Source: the human T2T-CHM13v2.0 reference genome, Homo sapiens. Taken from it: 64,000 bases of DNA. This document shows positions 33,558 to 50,697 of this stretch, one piece after another. The translations under genes were made by a program, and so were the position numbers. Numbering within the stretch: position 1 is the stretch's first letter; the number at the start of each line of letters is the position of its first letter. The notes under the pieces were generated by a model that worked only from the letters and a program-made list of their open reading frames with translations, was not told the origin of the DNA and searched no databases. The DNA lies in the NCBI RefSeq assembly GCF_009914755.1, contig NC_060928.1; one strand, written 5' to 3'.

Positions 33558-34620
33558 CTATGTATTTTTTATTTTACTGAGAGAATGCCAATAATCCTTT
33601 GAGGTGGGTAGGACAGGCATTACTACCTCCATTTTACAGGGACCTAAAACACAGAGGGATTAAGTGACTTGCCTGTGATTACAAAACTATTTGATGAGGA
33701 AGCTGGAATTGAAGTCATGTCAATTAATTACAAATTACATAGTCTCAGAGCTTTTGAGAATATCTCAAAACAAAGGTAATACTGAGAGGATAAGGGTCAC
33801 TATGCACTTATAAATCCGATATATATTTATTCAATAGTTAATGGTTAATAATACTATTGAATAAATAAATATCGATTTATAAATAAAATTTTTTTATTGT
33901 TGAGATGGAGTCTTCCTCTATTGCCCAGGCTGGTGTGCAGTGACGTGATCTCCGCTCACTGCAACCTCTACCTCCCAGGTTCAAGGAATTCTCATGTCTT
34001 AGCCTCCTGAGTAGCTGGGACTATATATAGGCACTCGCCACCACACCTGGCTAATTTTTGTATTTTTTGTATTTTTTTTTTTTAGTAGACTCGGGTTTTC
34101 ACTATGTTGGTGAGGCTGGTCTCAAACTCCTGACCTCAAGTCATCCACCTACCTTGGCCTCCCAAACTGCTGGGATTACAGGTGTGAGTCCCACTTCCAG
34201 CCAGTAAAAATCTTATTACAGTGAATACCATTGCATATACACAATGAATGCTATTTCCATAGGAAAGGAAGCAAAGAGGATCTCCATGCTATTTAAGAGA
34301 AGCTCCCTATTTCCAATACAGATTTTGGGAACAGAGGGTAGGAAGCATATGTATGGATATTTATTCCGATCAAAATTTAGCAGCCTGGGCAACATGGTGA
34401 AAGCTGATCTCTCCAAAAAAATACAAAAAATTAGCCAGGCATATGGTGGTGCATGCCTGTAGTCCCAGCTACCCAGGATGCTGAGGAAGGAGGATCGCTT
34501 GAACCCGGGAGGCAGAGGTTACTGTGATGATCACCTGTGAGCCCAGGAGGTCGAGACTGCAGTGAGCCGTGATGGCACCACTGCACTCCAGCCTGGGCGA
34601 CAGACCATGACCCTGTCTCA

Positions 34621-34800
<180 letters not shown>

Positions 34801-34856
34801 CTATTAAAAATACAAAATTAGCCGGGCATGGTGGCGCATGCCTGTAATCCCAGCTA

Positions 34857-34964
<108 letters not shown>

Positions 34965-35422
34965 TCAAAAAGAAAAAAAAAAAAAAAGAAAGCTTTGTAA
35001 TTTGACTTGACATGGACTTCATGGTAGTATGTACAGGACATCGCTGTTTTAGTATACCATGTGAAGGTATCGCTGAGTACAATCCATATATGGATATGGG
35101 AGTGTGTAAGTAAACAGAGACCCACATTACTCAATATCCTTAGATTCCAGACCACAAGATCCCTGAGGATAGAGGCTGTTCCCTCTCACACCCACATCAC
35201 AGTACCTAGCACTAATGAATGAATACATAAATGAGTGAGTGAATGAACTCATTTTCTTTAAAATTATCCTTCTCCAACTCATCTTGTCAAAAGCACCTTT
35301 CTCTACTTCTGACCCTTGGGGTCACTATTCTGTCCTCAGTCAAAAATATTTCCACTCCAGGACCAGACTGAATTCCCTCCAGAAACAAGATCCTTTCTTC
35401 CCTTTAATCTAGGGGAAGATAA

Positions 35423-35841
<419 letters not shown>

Positions 35842-35907
35842 TGATCGAAATCAGCACATTCAAGGTTCTTACTGCTCATTCTATTTTCCAAGCCTTTAAT
35901 TTCTGCA

Positions 35908-37425
<1,518 letters not shown>

Positions 37426-37492
37426 TTCAGAATCTTTCACGCATTGTATTCCACAGTTTTACAGATGTATGAACTTTGCGATTAGCCAGTTA

Positions 37493-37702
<210 letters not shown>

Positions 37703-38024
37703 TCACTTAAACCCAGGTGGGAGGCTGCAGTAGGCAGAGTTTGCAGTAAGCACTGCACTCCACCCTGGGCAACAGAGTGAGACACTGTCTCAATAAAATA
37801 AAATAAAAAAGAAAAAGAAAAAAAATTCACTCTATACAATTGTTATTGATCTGTTGTAAATGGATTGTTAATCAACAAATGTTGGAAATAAGTTGTCTTT
37901 TTTGGTAAAAGGGTAAGGGTAAGAAGAATGGGAAAAAAAATGAAAGGAAGCAACTTTTTTTGAGCATCTACTTTATGCCAGATATTTTGCTATGCATTTA
38001 ATTTTCACAAAAACCTTATAAGTA

Positions 38025-38965
<941 letters not shown>

Positions 38966-39106
38966 TTGTGTAACTCCCTGTGCAATCTATGTGAGTGGCT
39001 CTCCTGGAATTGTCCAACATGGCAGCCTTGAACTGAACTAATATGGTAATGAGAAAACAAGTTCAGAAAGATTAAAAATTTTTCTGAAGTCAAACTGCTA
39101 CGTGAT

Positions 39107-39578
39107 AATAGCAAAGACATGGAATCAACCTAAATGCCCATCAATGGCAGACTGGATAAGGAAAATGTAGTATATACACACCATGGACTACTACGCAGCC
39201 ATAAAAAAAGAACAAGATCATGTCTTTTTCAGGAACAAGAATGGAGCTTGAGGCCATTATCCATAGCAAACTAACACAGGAACAGAAAACCAAATACTAC
39301 ATTCTCGCTTATAAGTGTATAAGTGGGAGCTAAATAATGAGAACACATGGGCACAAAGAGGAGAACACAGACACTGGGGACTACTTGAGAATGGAGGGTG
39401 GAGGGTGGAAGGAAGGAGAGGATCAGAAAAAATAACTAGTGGGTACTAGGCTTAGCACCTTAGATAAAACAATCTATACAACAAACCCCCATGACATGAG
39501 TTTACCAATATAACAAACCTGCCCATGTACCCCGAACCTAAAGTAAATGTTTAAAACCAAAAATGACAACAAAAAAAA
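39107..39578 (+). mobile_element. 5'-truncated L1PA (older primate) 3' end inserted into a MIR
   Basis: atagcaaagacatggaatcaacctaaatgcccatcaatg...aacaaacctgcccatgtaccccgaacctaaag; TSD cta(c/t)gtgataa at 39098-39108 and 39579-39589. Confidence 0.85.
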
Positions 39579-40292
39579 CTATGTGATAAGGTGGGATTGA
39601 ACCTAGACCTACATGATACCAAATAGTGATTGTACTAGATTCTAGCCCTGGATTTTCACTTCGTGAAATGTTGCTGACTAGAAGGAAAGTTCCAGCACTT
39701 GTGCTTTTACAGTACGAGCAGTGTTTTGTTTTGTTTTGTTTTGTTTTTTCTGAGAAGGAGTCTCTCTGTCACCCACACTGGAGTGCAGTGGTTTCAATTC
39801 CCATGTTAAAACAGCAACAACGATGGCAGTGTGGATAGTGAAGCAAAGGGAGTGCCCCTGCCCTGGACGTGTGCTGCGCTTAGGAACAGCAATGGTATGA
39901 AGGAATCCAGTTTGGTTGTACCTCTGTACTTTTAGAATGACACTAATATCACCATGTACAGATTTAATCTCAGCTTTTGTTCTCAATCCTCTTGCTTTAT
40001 ATCCTGGAACAAGTTCTTTCTTCCTATCTGGCAATCACAACAAACTCTGCAGGGGAGACAGGGATGGGAAATGACTCCAACAAGAGCAACACTCAACATA
40101 AAGTTATCACAAGGTTGAGGACAGGGAGATGTTGATATAAATGTCAGTGGGCAGTGGAGAGAAAGCTAGATAATAAATCTTATATTTATTTTGGGGAACA
40201 GAGAAAAGGAAAGTTAAAGTTACTGAATGTCTACTACAATTATGTGCCACATAATGACTTCCAGTCAATACCAGTATCCCACAAGATTATAA

Positions 40293-40607
<315 letters not shown>

Positions 40608-41341
40608 TGACACCTTACTAGGTTTGATGTATTCTGACATTTTTCTGTTCCATTTTATTATTATTTTTTTAGAGACAGGGTCTCACTTAGTGGTACCATC
40701 ATGGCTCACTGCTGCCTCAACCTCCCGGGCTCAGACGATCCTCCCACCTAGCCTCCTAAGTAGCTGGGACCACAAGTCACCACCACACCTGACTCATTTT
40801 TGTATTTTTTGTAGAGACAGCGTTTTTTGCCATGTTGTCCAGGCTGGTCTCCAACTCTTGAGCTCAAAAGATTCACTCGTCTCAGCCTCCCAAAATGCTG
40901 AGGCGTGAACCACCGTGCCTGGCCTGTTCCATTTTATTCTATCTGAAAATATTAAATGATGGTTGAGACCCAATAAACTAATTTCACACCCCCTAACTTT
41001 TATTCAACACAATTACATTAAAACTGCTGATTGCACCATTTAATGTAAAGGGTCAGAAAAATATTAATAGAAAATTTTTAAAGCTTTTACTACAAAACAA
41101 AGTTGAGGATTGAAATACAGACCTCTGACAAATCCCTTAGGTGCTGGTGCTGCTAAAATAAATTAGATGCAGCTGACTTCATTAAGGTCTCTCCCTGTGG
41201 CTTTCACTCTTGGGCAGAAAGAGGAATCAGACCAGGAAGAAGGTAAGTTTGGTTTTTATGCTGGAGTAGGCAGACTGGGGGCCCATAATATATACATATA
41301 CATACATATATATATATATATATATATTTTTTTTTTTTTAG

Positions 41342-41671
<330 letters not shown>

Positions 41672-42561
41672 TAGTTGAGATTAGGTCTTGTAATGTTGCC
41701 CAGGCTGGTATCAAACTCCTGAGCTCAAGAAAACCTCCTGCCTTGGCCTCTTAAAGTGCTGAGATTACAGGCATGAGCCACCACCTGGCCAAATTAACCA
41801 TCTTAATCATCTTTTTAAAAAAGAGATGGGGTCTCACTATGTTGCCCAGGCTGGAGTCCTACTCCTAGCCTCAAGTGATCCTCCTGCCTCTGCCTTCCGA
41901 ATACCTGGAACTAGCGGCCTGAGACACCTGGCAGGGCTACCTTAACCTTTTTTAAGTGTAGAGTTCAGTAGTGTTAAGTACATTCATACTATTATGAAAC
42001 TAAGACTTTGAATTTATCCTCCAGGCAACTGAGATTTATGGAATTACTGAAAGATTTCAGGACCCTACTAGAGGTTTAGGAAGGTTGTCTTGGGGGGTGG
42101 GTGTAGTGGGAGGTAGGGGATGGAGGCTAGCAGGACTGGAAGGGATTGTAAGTTTAAAAGCTTGCAGGGGGCCTTGTAAGTAAGGGTTGGTTTTGGCTTG
42201 GTCACAGGGTTTTCTGCCAGAGGGGAAGTTAGAGAAGGGAACTCAACACACCACTGGCTGAGTACCAAGCCTGTATGGGCCAGATGCTTTCCGAGGGCTG
42301 CACACTTGAGCTAGCCAGCCACACCTTGCCAGGATGTGCTCTGTTAACCCCTACAGTTAAAAAAAATGGGGGAGGCGGGTTTGGATTAGTTGCAAAAATG
42401 GAAACATTTGGAGATCTCACTTTTTTTTTTTTGACGCAGTTTCACTCTTGTTGGCCAGGCAATGGCGCGATCTCGGCTCACTGCAACTTCCGCCTCCTGA
42501 GCTCAGATTCTCGTGCCTCAGCCTCCCGAGTAGCTGGGATTACAGGCACCCACCCGGCTAA

Positions 42562-42705
<144 letters not shown>

Positions 42706-43511
42706 TAATTTTATCATTTTCTTCTAAAGACGGGGTCTGGCTGTGTGGCCCAGGCTAGTCTCCAATTCCTGGCTTCAGTTGATTCCCCTGCCTCAGCCTC
42801 TTAAAGTGCTGGGATTACAGGTGTGAGCCAACGAGTTCGGTCTCACTCTATTTTAAAAAAACCTTTTAATCAATATATAACAGACATATAGAAAAGGACA
42901 CAAATAAGCGTAGAGCTTAGTGAATGTTCACAAAGCAACAACACCTGAGATGAACCAGCATCCACATCAACAAGCAGAACGTCGCTAGCATCTCTGGAGT
43001 GATGCTCATTTAGCCCTATGAAACCTCATGAAGCCGACCGTTTTATCACCCCCATATTACGCATGAGGAAACAAGCGTGGAGAGGTCGGTCTCAAGCAAA
43101 GCCCTGTTGAAACCGGCATTTGAATCAGATCCGCTGACTGACTCCAAAGCCAATGCTCTCAAAAAGCAGGTTTGGGGGTTAGACGGTGAGTTCAGCTTTG
43201 AACGATGTTGAGTGGGCGTCTCGTTTTACAGAAACTTACTTCCCGACGTCACAGCCACAGAAACCACAGGTAACCAGACGCCTGCACGTCAGGCCACCGA
43301 CGCCTTGGTCTACACAGCGCAGCCTCCAGTGAGCCCGCGGCATGCCGCGCGGCCTCCCCACACACGATGGCGATGTCGCAACCACAGTAGAAAGAGTGGC
43401 GCTCTCTACTGTCCCGGAATTCTTGAGGCCGGAAGAATAACAGGGCAAAGGTCACGTAGACGGCGCGCCCCGCCCCCGTACGCCTAAGTTCTCGCGCGAC
43501 TCCCACTTCCG

Positions 43512-43527
43512 CCCTTTTGGCTCTCTG
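43512..43527 (+). promoter_or_regulatory. TCT initiator / 5' terminal oligopyrimidine (TOP) tract
   Basis: ccCTTTTggctctct about 23 nt upstream of the ATG. Ribosomal protein genes typically initiate at a C within such a pyrimidine tract. Confidence 0.75.
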
Positions 43528-43536
43528 ACCAGCACC

Positions 43537-43598
43537 ATGGCGGTTGGCAAGAACAAGCGCCTTACGAAAGGCGGCAAAAAGGGAGCCAAGAAGAAAGT
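43537..43598 (+). CDS. RPS3A: RPS3A coding exon 1 (MAVGKNKRLTKGGKKGAKKKV, 62 nt)
   Basis: Kozak-like gcaccATGG at 43537; donor GT|gtaagt at 43599. Confidence 0.97.
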
Positions 43599-44291
43599 GT
43601 AAGTCGCGACTGTCGTGGCGTCTTGCTTTTTGGGGGTCTGCTGGAATCGGCGGGCTGGTCCTAGATCGCGGCGTAGGCCGGATGGCGAGGATTCCAGTCG
43701 GATTGTGCGGGCCGTGGCGGGTTGGTGCACCCAGGAACGCGGCCTGGAGGGTCGGTGTTGAGTAGCGGCAGGTCGGCTGCCTTTCCCAGGCCTTCTGGTC
43801 CTTGCGCGCGTCGCGTTTGAGCCGGCTTGCCGGCGCGACTCGGCTGGAATGTTAGTTTTGTGGGCTCACGAGCTGCCTCAATTCTGCGAGTGTTTGATGG
43901 CACTGCGACAGCAGGAGTTGAGGAAAGCACCCTTCTATCCATTCAGGACCCGTCAATCTCGCCTTTGCTTGGTCCCGCTGGAATCTGCGAGCTCCTGCTA
44001 AGCTTTGGGGCCATGCAGTCTCTTAGTTACCAGTACATGCCATTACGTGCCAGCAAAGTTAATGAGATTGCATGTTACTCGTGCCTGTGTAGTGGAAGGA
44101 CCGATGCATGTTATTCTAAGTGCCTGTGTAGTGGATGGACCGATGAGGGTGGGAAGTGGACATAACCTTTCAAAGTCTGATGCATGCAGTGAAACGTACA
44201 GTGGGAAGAGCTAGATTTATGTTTGTTCCCCTCACCTCACTGTGAGATATACTTTGGTATCAAATTGCCGGTTAGCTTTTTAAAATATTAA

Positions 44292-44477
<186 letters not shown>

Positions 44478-44827
44478 TAGCTTATTCTTGGTTTGTATTT
44501 TCCTTAAGTTGGCGCTTGTATATTGTAGCAGGCATCTTGGTCTGTTGTTGGTCCTGTGGTGGGAGACTTTAAGGAAATGTCAGCTCTTGGTTGCAGCCTT
44601 GGCACCTGTGGTGATCATTTTTAGTACAGCACTTGGAGAGAAGCAAGATGGTGCTTTTTGAATTAAGAAAATGTGCCATGGGTAGTTCTGAGCTTCAAAT
44701 AAGTACTGTTGATAAGTCACTGGTGTCTGGATAGATTTGATAACAAAGGTTAAGGTCTTTATAATTTACCATTAACTTAATTTCTACCCTCAGTTTACAG
44801 GCTTGACTTTGCTTATATGGTTCCTAA

Positions 44828-45064
<237 letters not shown>

Positions 45065-45596
45065 TAGAGTGGTTGTGCTATGGGTGTTTGACCAAGGATA
45101 GCATGGTTTGATGACTGGAAGGAGCAAGTTCATTTTATTTATTTATTGAGACCAGTGAAATGTCCACAAAGTTCATTTTAAATTTTTGTTTTCTTGCCGT
45201 TGTTGAGTGCTAACTCTGGGGTTGCCACACCATATTTTACTTACTATTTAAATCTAAGATTTAATAGTGGTGTATCATCAAAGTCAGATTTTCTTGCTGC
45301 ATAGATTAGTGGTTTTTTGAGGAACGTTTAGGTGCAGGTGGGCGGTTTTGCCTGTCTTAAGGATGTTTTTTGACCTCAGAATTGAGTGAATGTTGATTAA
45401 CTGTGGCAGTAGAGCATAATTGTGGCAGAGCCTCTGGAGTGAGGTTAAAATCTGGGCTCCATTTGCCTATTGTGTTCTCGTTGGAAAGTAACTTGTTTTC
45501 TAAGCCTCGGTTTCTTTATTTGTAAAGTGCAGATAAGAGTGTCATTTTATTGAATTGTGAGGATGAAATGAAAATATTTCAGATGTGTCTGGCTAA

Positions 45597-46016
<420 letters not shown>

Positions 46017-46706
46017 TAAGGCTTTATGGTTTACATTTCTAGAAATATTTTAAGGTCCCTTAGCTGTAAATTGTATTTGATTAGTTTTTTTTTATACTAA
46101 GGTATAAAATTTACAAAATGCAAACAAGGTAAATCAGTTTTCATCACTACCCAAGATGTTTTTTGTTTTTTCAATTTAGGCAATAATATGACCACTAACT
46201 AGGGGTTTTTAATTATATTTTAGCTCTGAAATTGGGTATTTAATCATCAGCATGGCTTTAGTTTGGAACATAAAAGACGTCTTTCAAAGTGTGCATTTAG
46301 AGTTATAGCAGTCACCTATTTACAACACAGTTTTTTGAAAAATGACATAATCACTGTAGATGTGTTCATACCATAGAATACCATGGATCCTCTCAGACCT
46401 ATTTTCCTCTGGTGTAGTTTTACACTTGAGGGGGTATGAGCTGTTTAAAGGGGTATATGTATATGCAATGGATGTGGGTTTGGATGCCGTCAAGATAGTG
46501 GTAGTGTTAATGGAGGGTAGAAAGGAGGAGGGAGGGCAGTTGAGAGGACCTGGTTATTTAATTGGGTAAGAATTTGGGGGTAACTTGGTAAGTTCAAGGA
46601 AGTTAATTCTGTAAACTTAAAGAGATGTTACTTATGTTAGGATACTTTATATTTAATAATGAGTGTTTGACAATCCAGCTTTTTAAAATTAGAACTTGAG
46701 GGATAA

Positions 46707-46964
<258 letters not shown>

Positions 46965-47129
46965 TAAGTGTTTCTTTGCTTCCTCACACAACACAACCTT
47001 GAGTATTGGATTATTCCTGAGATGAGAGAACGCATATGAGACAAGGTAAAGGTCTGTTGAAATCCTGTCTGTGAATCCTTCTAGCTATATCTCTTTAAGT
47101 GAAAGAGTGTTAAGTACTCAGTAAATATG

Positions 47130-47386
47130 ATTATTATTACTATTATTATTTGAGTCAGAGTCTTGCTCTGTTGCCCAGGCTCGAGTGCAGTATTGTGATC
47201 CTCCTTGGCTCACTGTAACCACTGCTTCCTGGGTTCAAGCAGTTCTTGAGCCTCAGCCTCCTGAGTATCTGGGAATACAGGGGACTGCCACCATACCCAG
47301 CTAATTTTTTTAAATTTTTAGTAGAGATGGGGTTTCATCATGTTGGCCAGGCTGGTCTTGAACTCCTGACTTCAGGTGATCTGCCA
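47130..47386 (-). mobile_element. 5'-truncated Alu in RPS3A intron 4
   Basis: (TTA)n tail followed by an antisense Alu body that ends at ggtgatctgcc. Confidence 0.88.
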
Positions 47387-47506
47387 GTACTCTAAATGAT
47401 AACAGTTTTTTCGTGTTTATTTATTTTGAATGAAGCTGTCTCACAGTAGATGGAGTTGAAGGACAGGAAATGTTTTTCCCCTACTTGGAAAATACACTGA
47501 ATAAGT

Positions 47507-47662
47507 TGAGTGGGGTGGGATGTGCCTGGAGTCCCAGCTACTCAGGAGGCTGAGGTGGTAGGATTGTTTGAGCCCAGGAGTTTGAGGCCAGCCTGGGCAA
47601 TATAGGGAGACCCTGTCCCAAAAAATAAAAAATATACGTATATATATATACACACACAAAGA
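47507..47662 (+). mobile_element. FLAM-like Alu monomer in RPS3A intron 4
   Basis: Single monomer with an A/TA/CA tail; TSD aaaatacactgaata at about 47490 and 47664. Confidence 0.8.
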
Positions 47663-47710
47663 AAAAATACACTGAATAGACAAAACCTTTCATGATTAAT
47701 GATGCACGGG

Positions 47711-47775
47711 AATAAGTGATGAAAAAAGTTTCGGTCCCAGATGATGGCCAGTGATAACAACATTTTTCTGATGTT
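47711..47775 (+). ncRNA. SNORD73A: Box C/D snoRNA U73a in RPS3A intron 4 (28S rRNA 2'-O-methylation guide)
   Basis: C box GTGATGA 47716-47722; guide GTTTCGGTCCCA 47728-47739; D' ATGA 47741-47744; C'-like GTGATAA 47751-47757; D box CTGA 47768-47771; flanking stem GGGAA/TTCCC. U73 is known to be hosted by RPS3A. Confidence 0.92.
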
Positions 47776-48016
47776 CCCATGCAATATACAGTTAGCTAAG
47801 AGGGTGTAATGGAAAAAGCATAAGGCTTGGACTCAGAAGACTCTACTAACTTTGCCACTAGCTAGCTATGTAATTCAGATCATCTATCCTTTACATGTGA
47901 AAGGTAAATAATGGCTTATCTTAACAGGAGGATTTATGCAGGTTAAATGAGGTAGGTGTTATGTGTAGGTTTATTCCAAGGCTTCTCTACTTTTAAAGGA
48001 AATGGCTTATATCTGA

Positions 48017-48175
<159 letters not shown>

Positions 48176-48312
48176 TGAGAAATCACATGATTCCTGTAGG
48201 GCCAAATACATTGTTTTTGGGTGGAGGAGGAGTGTGGGGCCATATCATGGCCTTCTTTTTCTTCCTGTCATGCTTGCATAGTAGTGATGACCATTATTTC
48301 AAGATATACTAA

Positions 48313-48477
<165 letters not shown>

Positions 48478-48500
48478 AGTTCAGACTTCAAATAGTGGCA

Positions 48501-48506
48501 AATAAA
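48501..48506 (+). terminator. RPS3A polyadenylation signal AATAAA
   Basis: AATAAA 23 nt after the stop codon, followed by GU/U-rich sequence (ttgtgatggtttgc...ttctttttt). Confidence 0.85.
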
Positions 48507-50422
48507 AAGTGCTATTTGTGATGGTTTGCTTCTGAACATTCTTTTTTTAAAAATAATCTGACAGCTTGGTGGATTAGACAGTAAATTTGACAGCTGGTAA
48601 ACTTTTCTGACCCAGACAAATTGGATATAAACATACTACTATGCACCTTTACTGTGAAGCTGAAATGGGGCGGAGAAGCTGTTACCAAGTGGGCATTTAG
48701 TGCTATCCACCTATAGTCACTCATTCATTCAGTTTCTACCTCTTCTCAAGCCTTTTCAGTTTTCTCATTTCTTGCTTAGCTGATAACCTTGCTTCCTTTA
48801 ATCACTAAAAAAGTTTAAAGCAGAGAAAAGAACCCCACAAATTTCTGTTACCTATATTCTGCCACCTATGCATGTGTTAATCATACTACCTTCTGTCATA
48901 CCACTGGATGGATTGTGCTAAGACATAAGACAGCCTTTTTTTTTTTTGCCCAATCAGCCTCATGGCTTCAGCAATTCACACCTTTATCAATTCCTCGCTG
49001 TCCCTTGTATACTAGTATACAAATACTAGTATACCCTCCCAGAGCACCTTACTAAGTCCCTTTATAGCAAAGCTCAAAGGAATTTTTTATATATTGGTAT
49101 CATTTAATTTTTTTTAATTTTTAAAACTTTTTTACATATAAAATATATTTTAAAGGTCAAGTGCGTAGCTCATGCCAGTAATCCCAGCACTTTGGGAGGC
49201 TGAGGTGGGTGGATTGCTTGAGGTCAGAAGTTCAAGACCAGCCTGGCCAACATGGTGAGACACCGTCTCACCTAAAAAAAATAAAATTAGCCAGGTGTGG
49301 TGGCGGGGTGCCTGTAATCCCAGCTTCTCGGGAGGCTGAGGCATGAAAATCACTTGAACCTGGGAGGTGGAGGTTGCAGTGAGCTGCACTCCAGTCTGGG
49401 CTACAAAATGAGACTGTTGAAAAAAAAATTACATTTGAGAGACATGATCTTACTCTGTCACCCAGGATGGAGTAGAATGGTGTGATCATAGCTCGCTGTA
49501 ACCCTAAAGTCCTGGGCTCAAGCAGCCCTCCCTCTCAGGCCTCCTGAGTAGTTGGGACACAGGCCTGTGCCACACCACACCCAGCTTTTTTTATTTTAAA
49601 GACAGTCTCACTGTCACCCAGGCTGGAGTGTGTTAGTGCGATCTTGGGTCACTGCAACCTCCATCTCCCAGGTTCAAGCGATGCTTGTGTCTCAGCCTCC
49701 CCAGTAGCTAGGATTATAGGCACCCACCACCATGCTGGGCTAATTTTTGCATTTTTTAGTGGAGATGGGGGTTTCGCCATGTTGGCAAGGCTTGTCTTGA
49801 ATTCCTGGCCTCAAGTGATCCTCCCGCCTTGGCCTCCCAAATTGCTGAGATTACAGGTGTGAGCCACTGCACCAGGCCTAATCTGCTAGTTTTTAAGTTC
49901 TTTGTAGGGTCTTGGCTGTTATGTCCAGACTGGTCTCAAATTCCTGGCCTCAAGGGATCTTCCTGCCTCAGCCTCCAAAGTGCTGGGAGTATAGGTGTGA
50001 GCCATGGTGCCCAGCCACATTTTTTAGTTTTTATTTTATTTTTCTTCAATTTGCTGCAGTTAGGCTTTCCTCCCAACACCACTCCAAGACATTTCATTGT
50101 CAAGATTAGCAGTGATTTTGTTGCTAAATTCAGTGGTCCATTCTTTTACTAGAGGTCTTTTACTTGACCTCTGTTAGTGACTTGCTTATCACTTTGTCCT
50201 GTTAGTGACTCTTGACAGTTGATTTCTTCCTGATTTTAACTGTCTTCCAGATCCTCGACTCAAGCTTTTCCTCCTACATCATTGGCTACTCCTTTACTAG
50301 TTCATTTTTTAGACTTTTAATCAGTTTTAGAAGGCCCTAGGGCTGGTCGGGTGCAGTGGCTCACGCCTGTAATCCCAGCACTTTGGGAGGCTGAGGCGGG
50401 CGGATCACGAGGTCAGGAGTTA

Positions 50423-50697
<275 letters not shown>

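Larger units (their letters stand above)
43200..43900 (+). promoter_or_regulatory. CpG island / RPS3A promoter
   Basis: Only CpG-dense non-Alu stretch in the window. Contains a GC box (gccccgcccc, 43467-43476), ETS/GABP sites (ccggaag 43429-43435; cacttccg 43504-43511) and a TCTCGCGAGA-like motif (TCTCGCGCGA, 43490-43499). Boundaries approximate. Confidence 0.85.

Noticed and set aside
44141-44186. CGATGA...CTGA in intron 1 as a cryptic C/D snoRNA
   Set aside because: The C box is non-consensus, the span is too short (about 40 nt) and there is no closing stem.
43212-44214. Overlapping ORFs on both strands around exon 1
   Set aside because: Expected from stop-codon scarcity in a GC-rich island; no recognisable protein apart from RPS3A exon 1.
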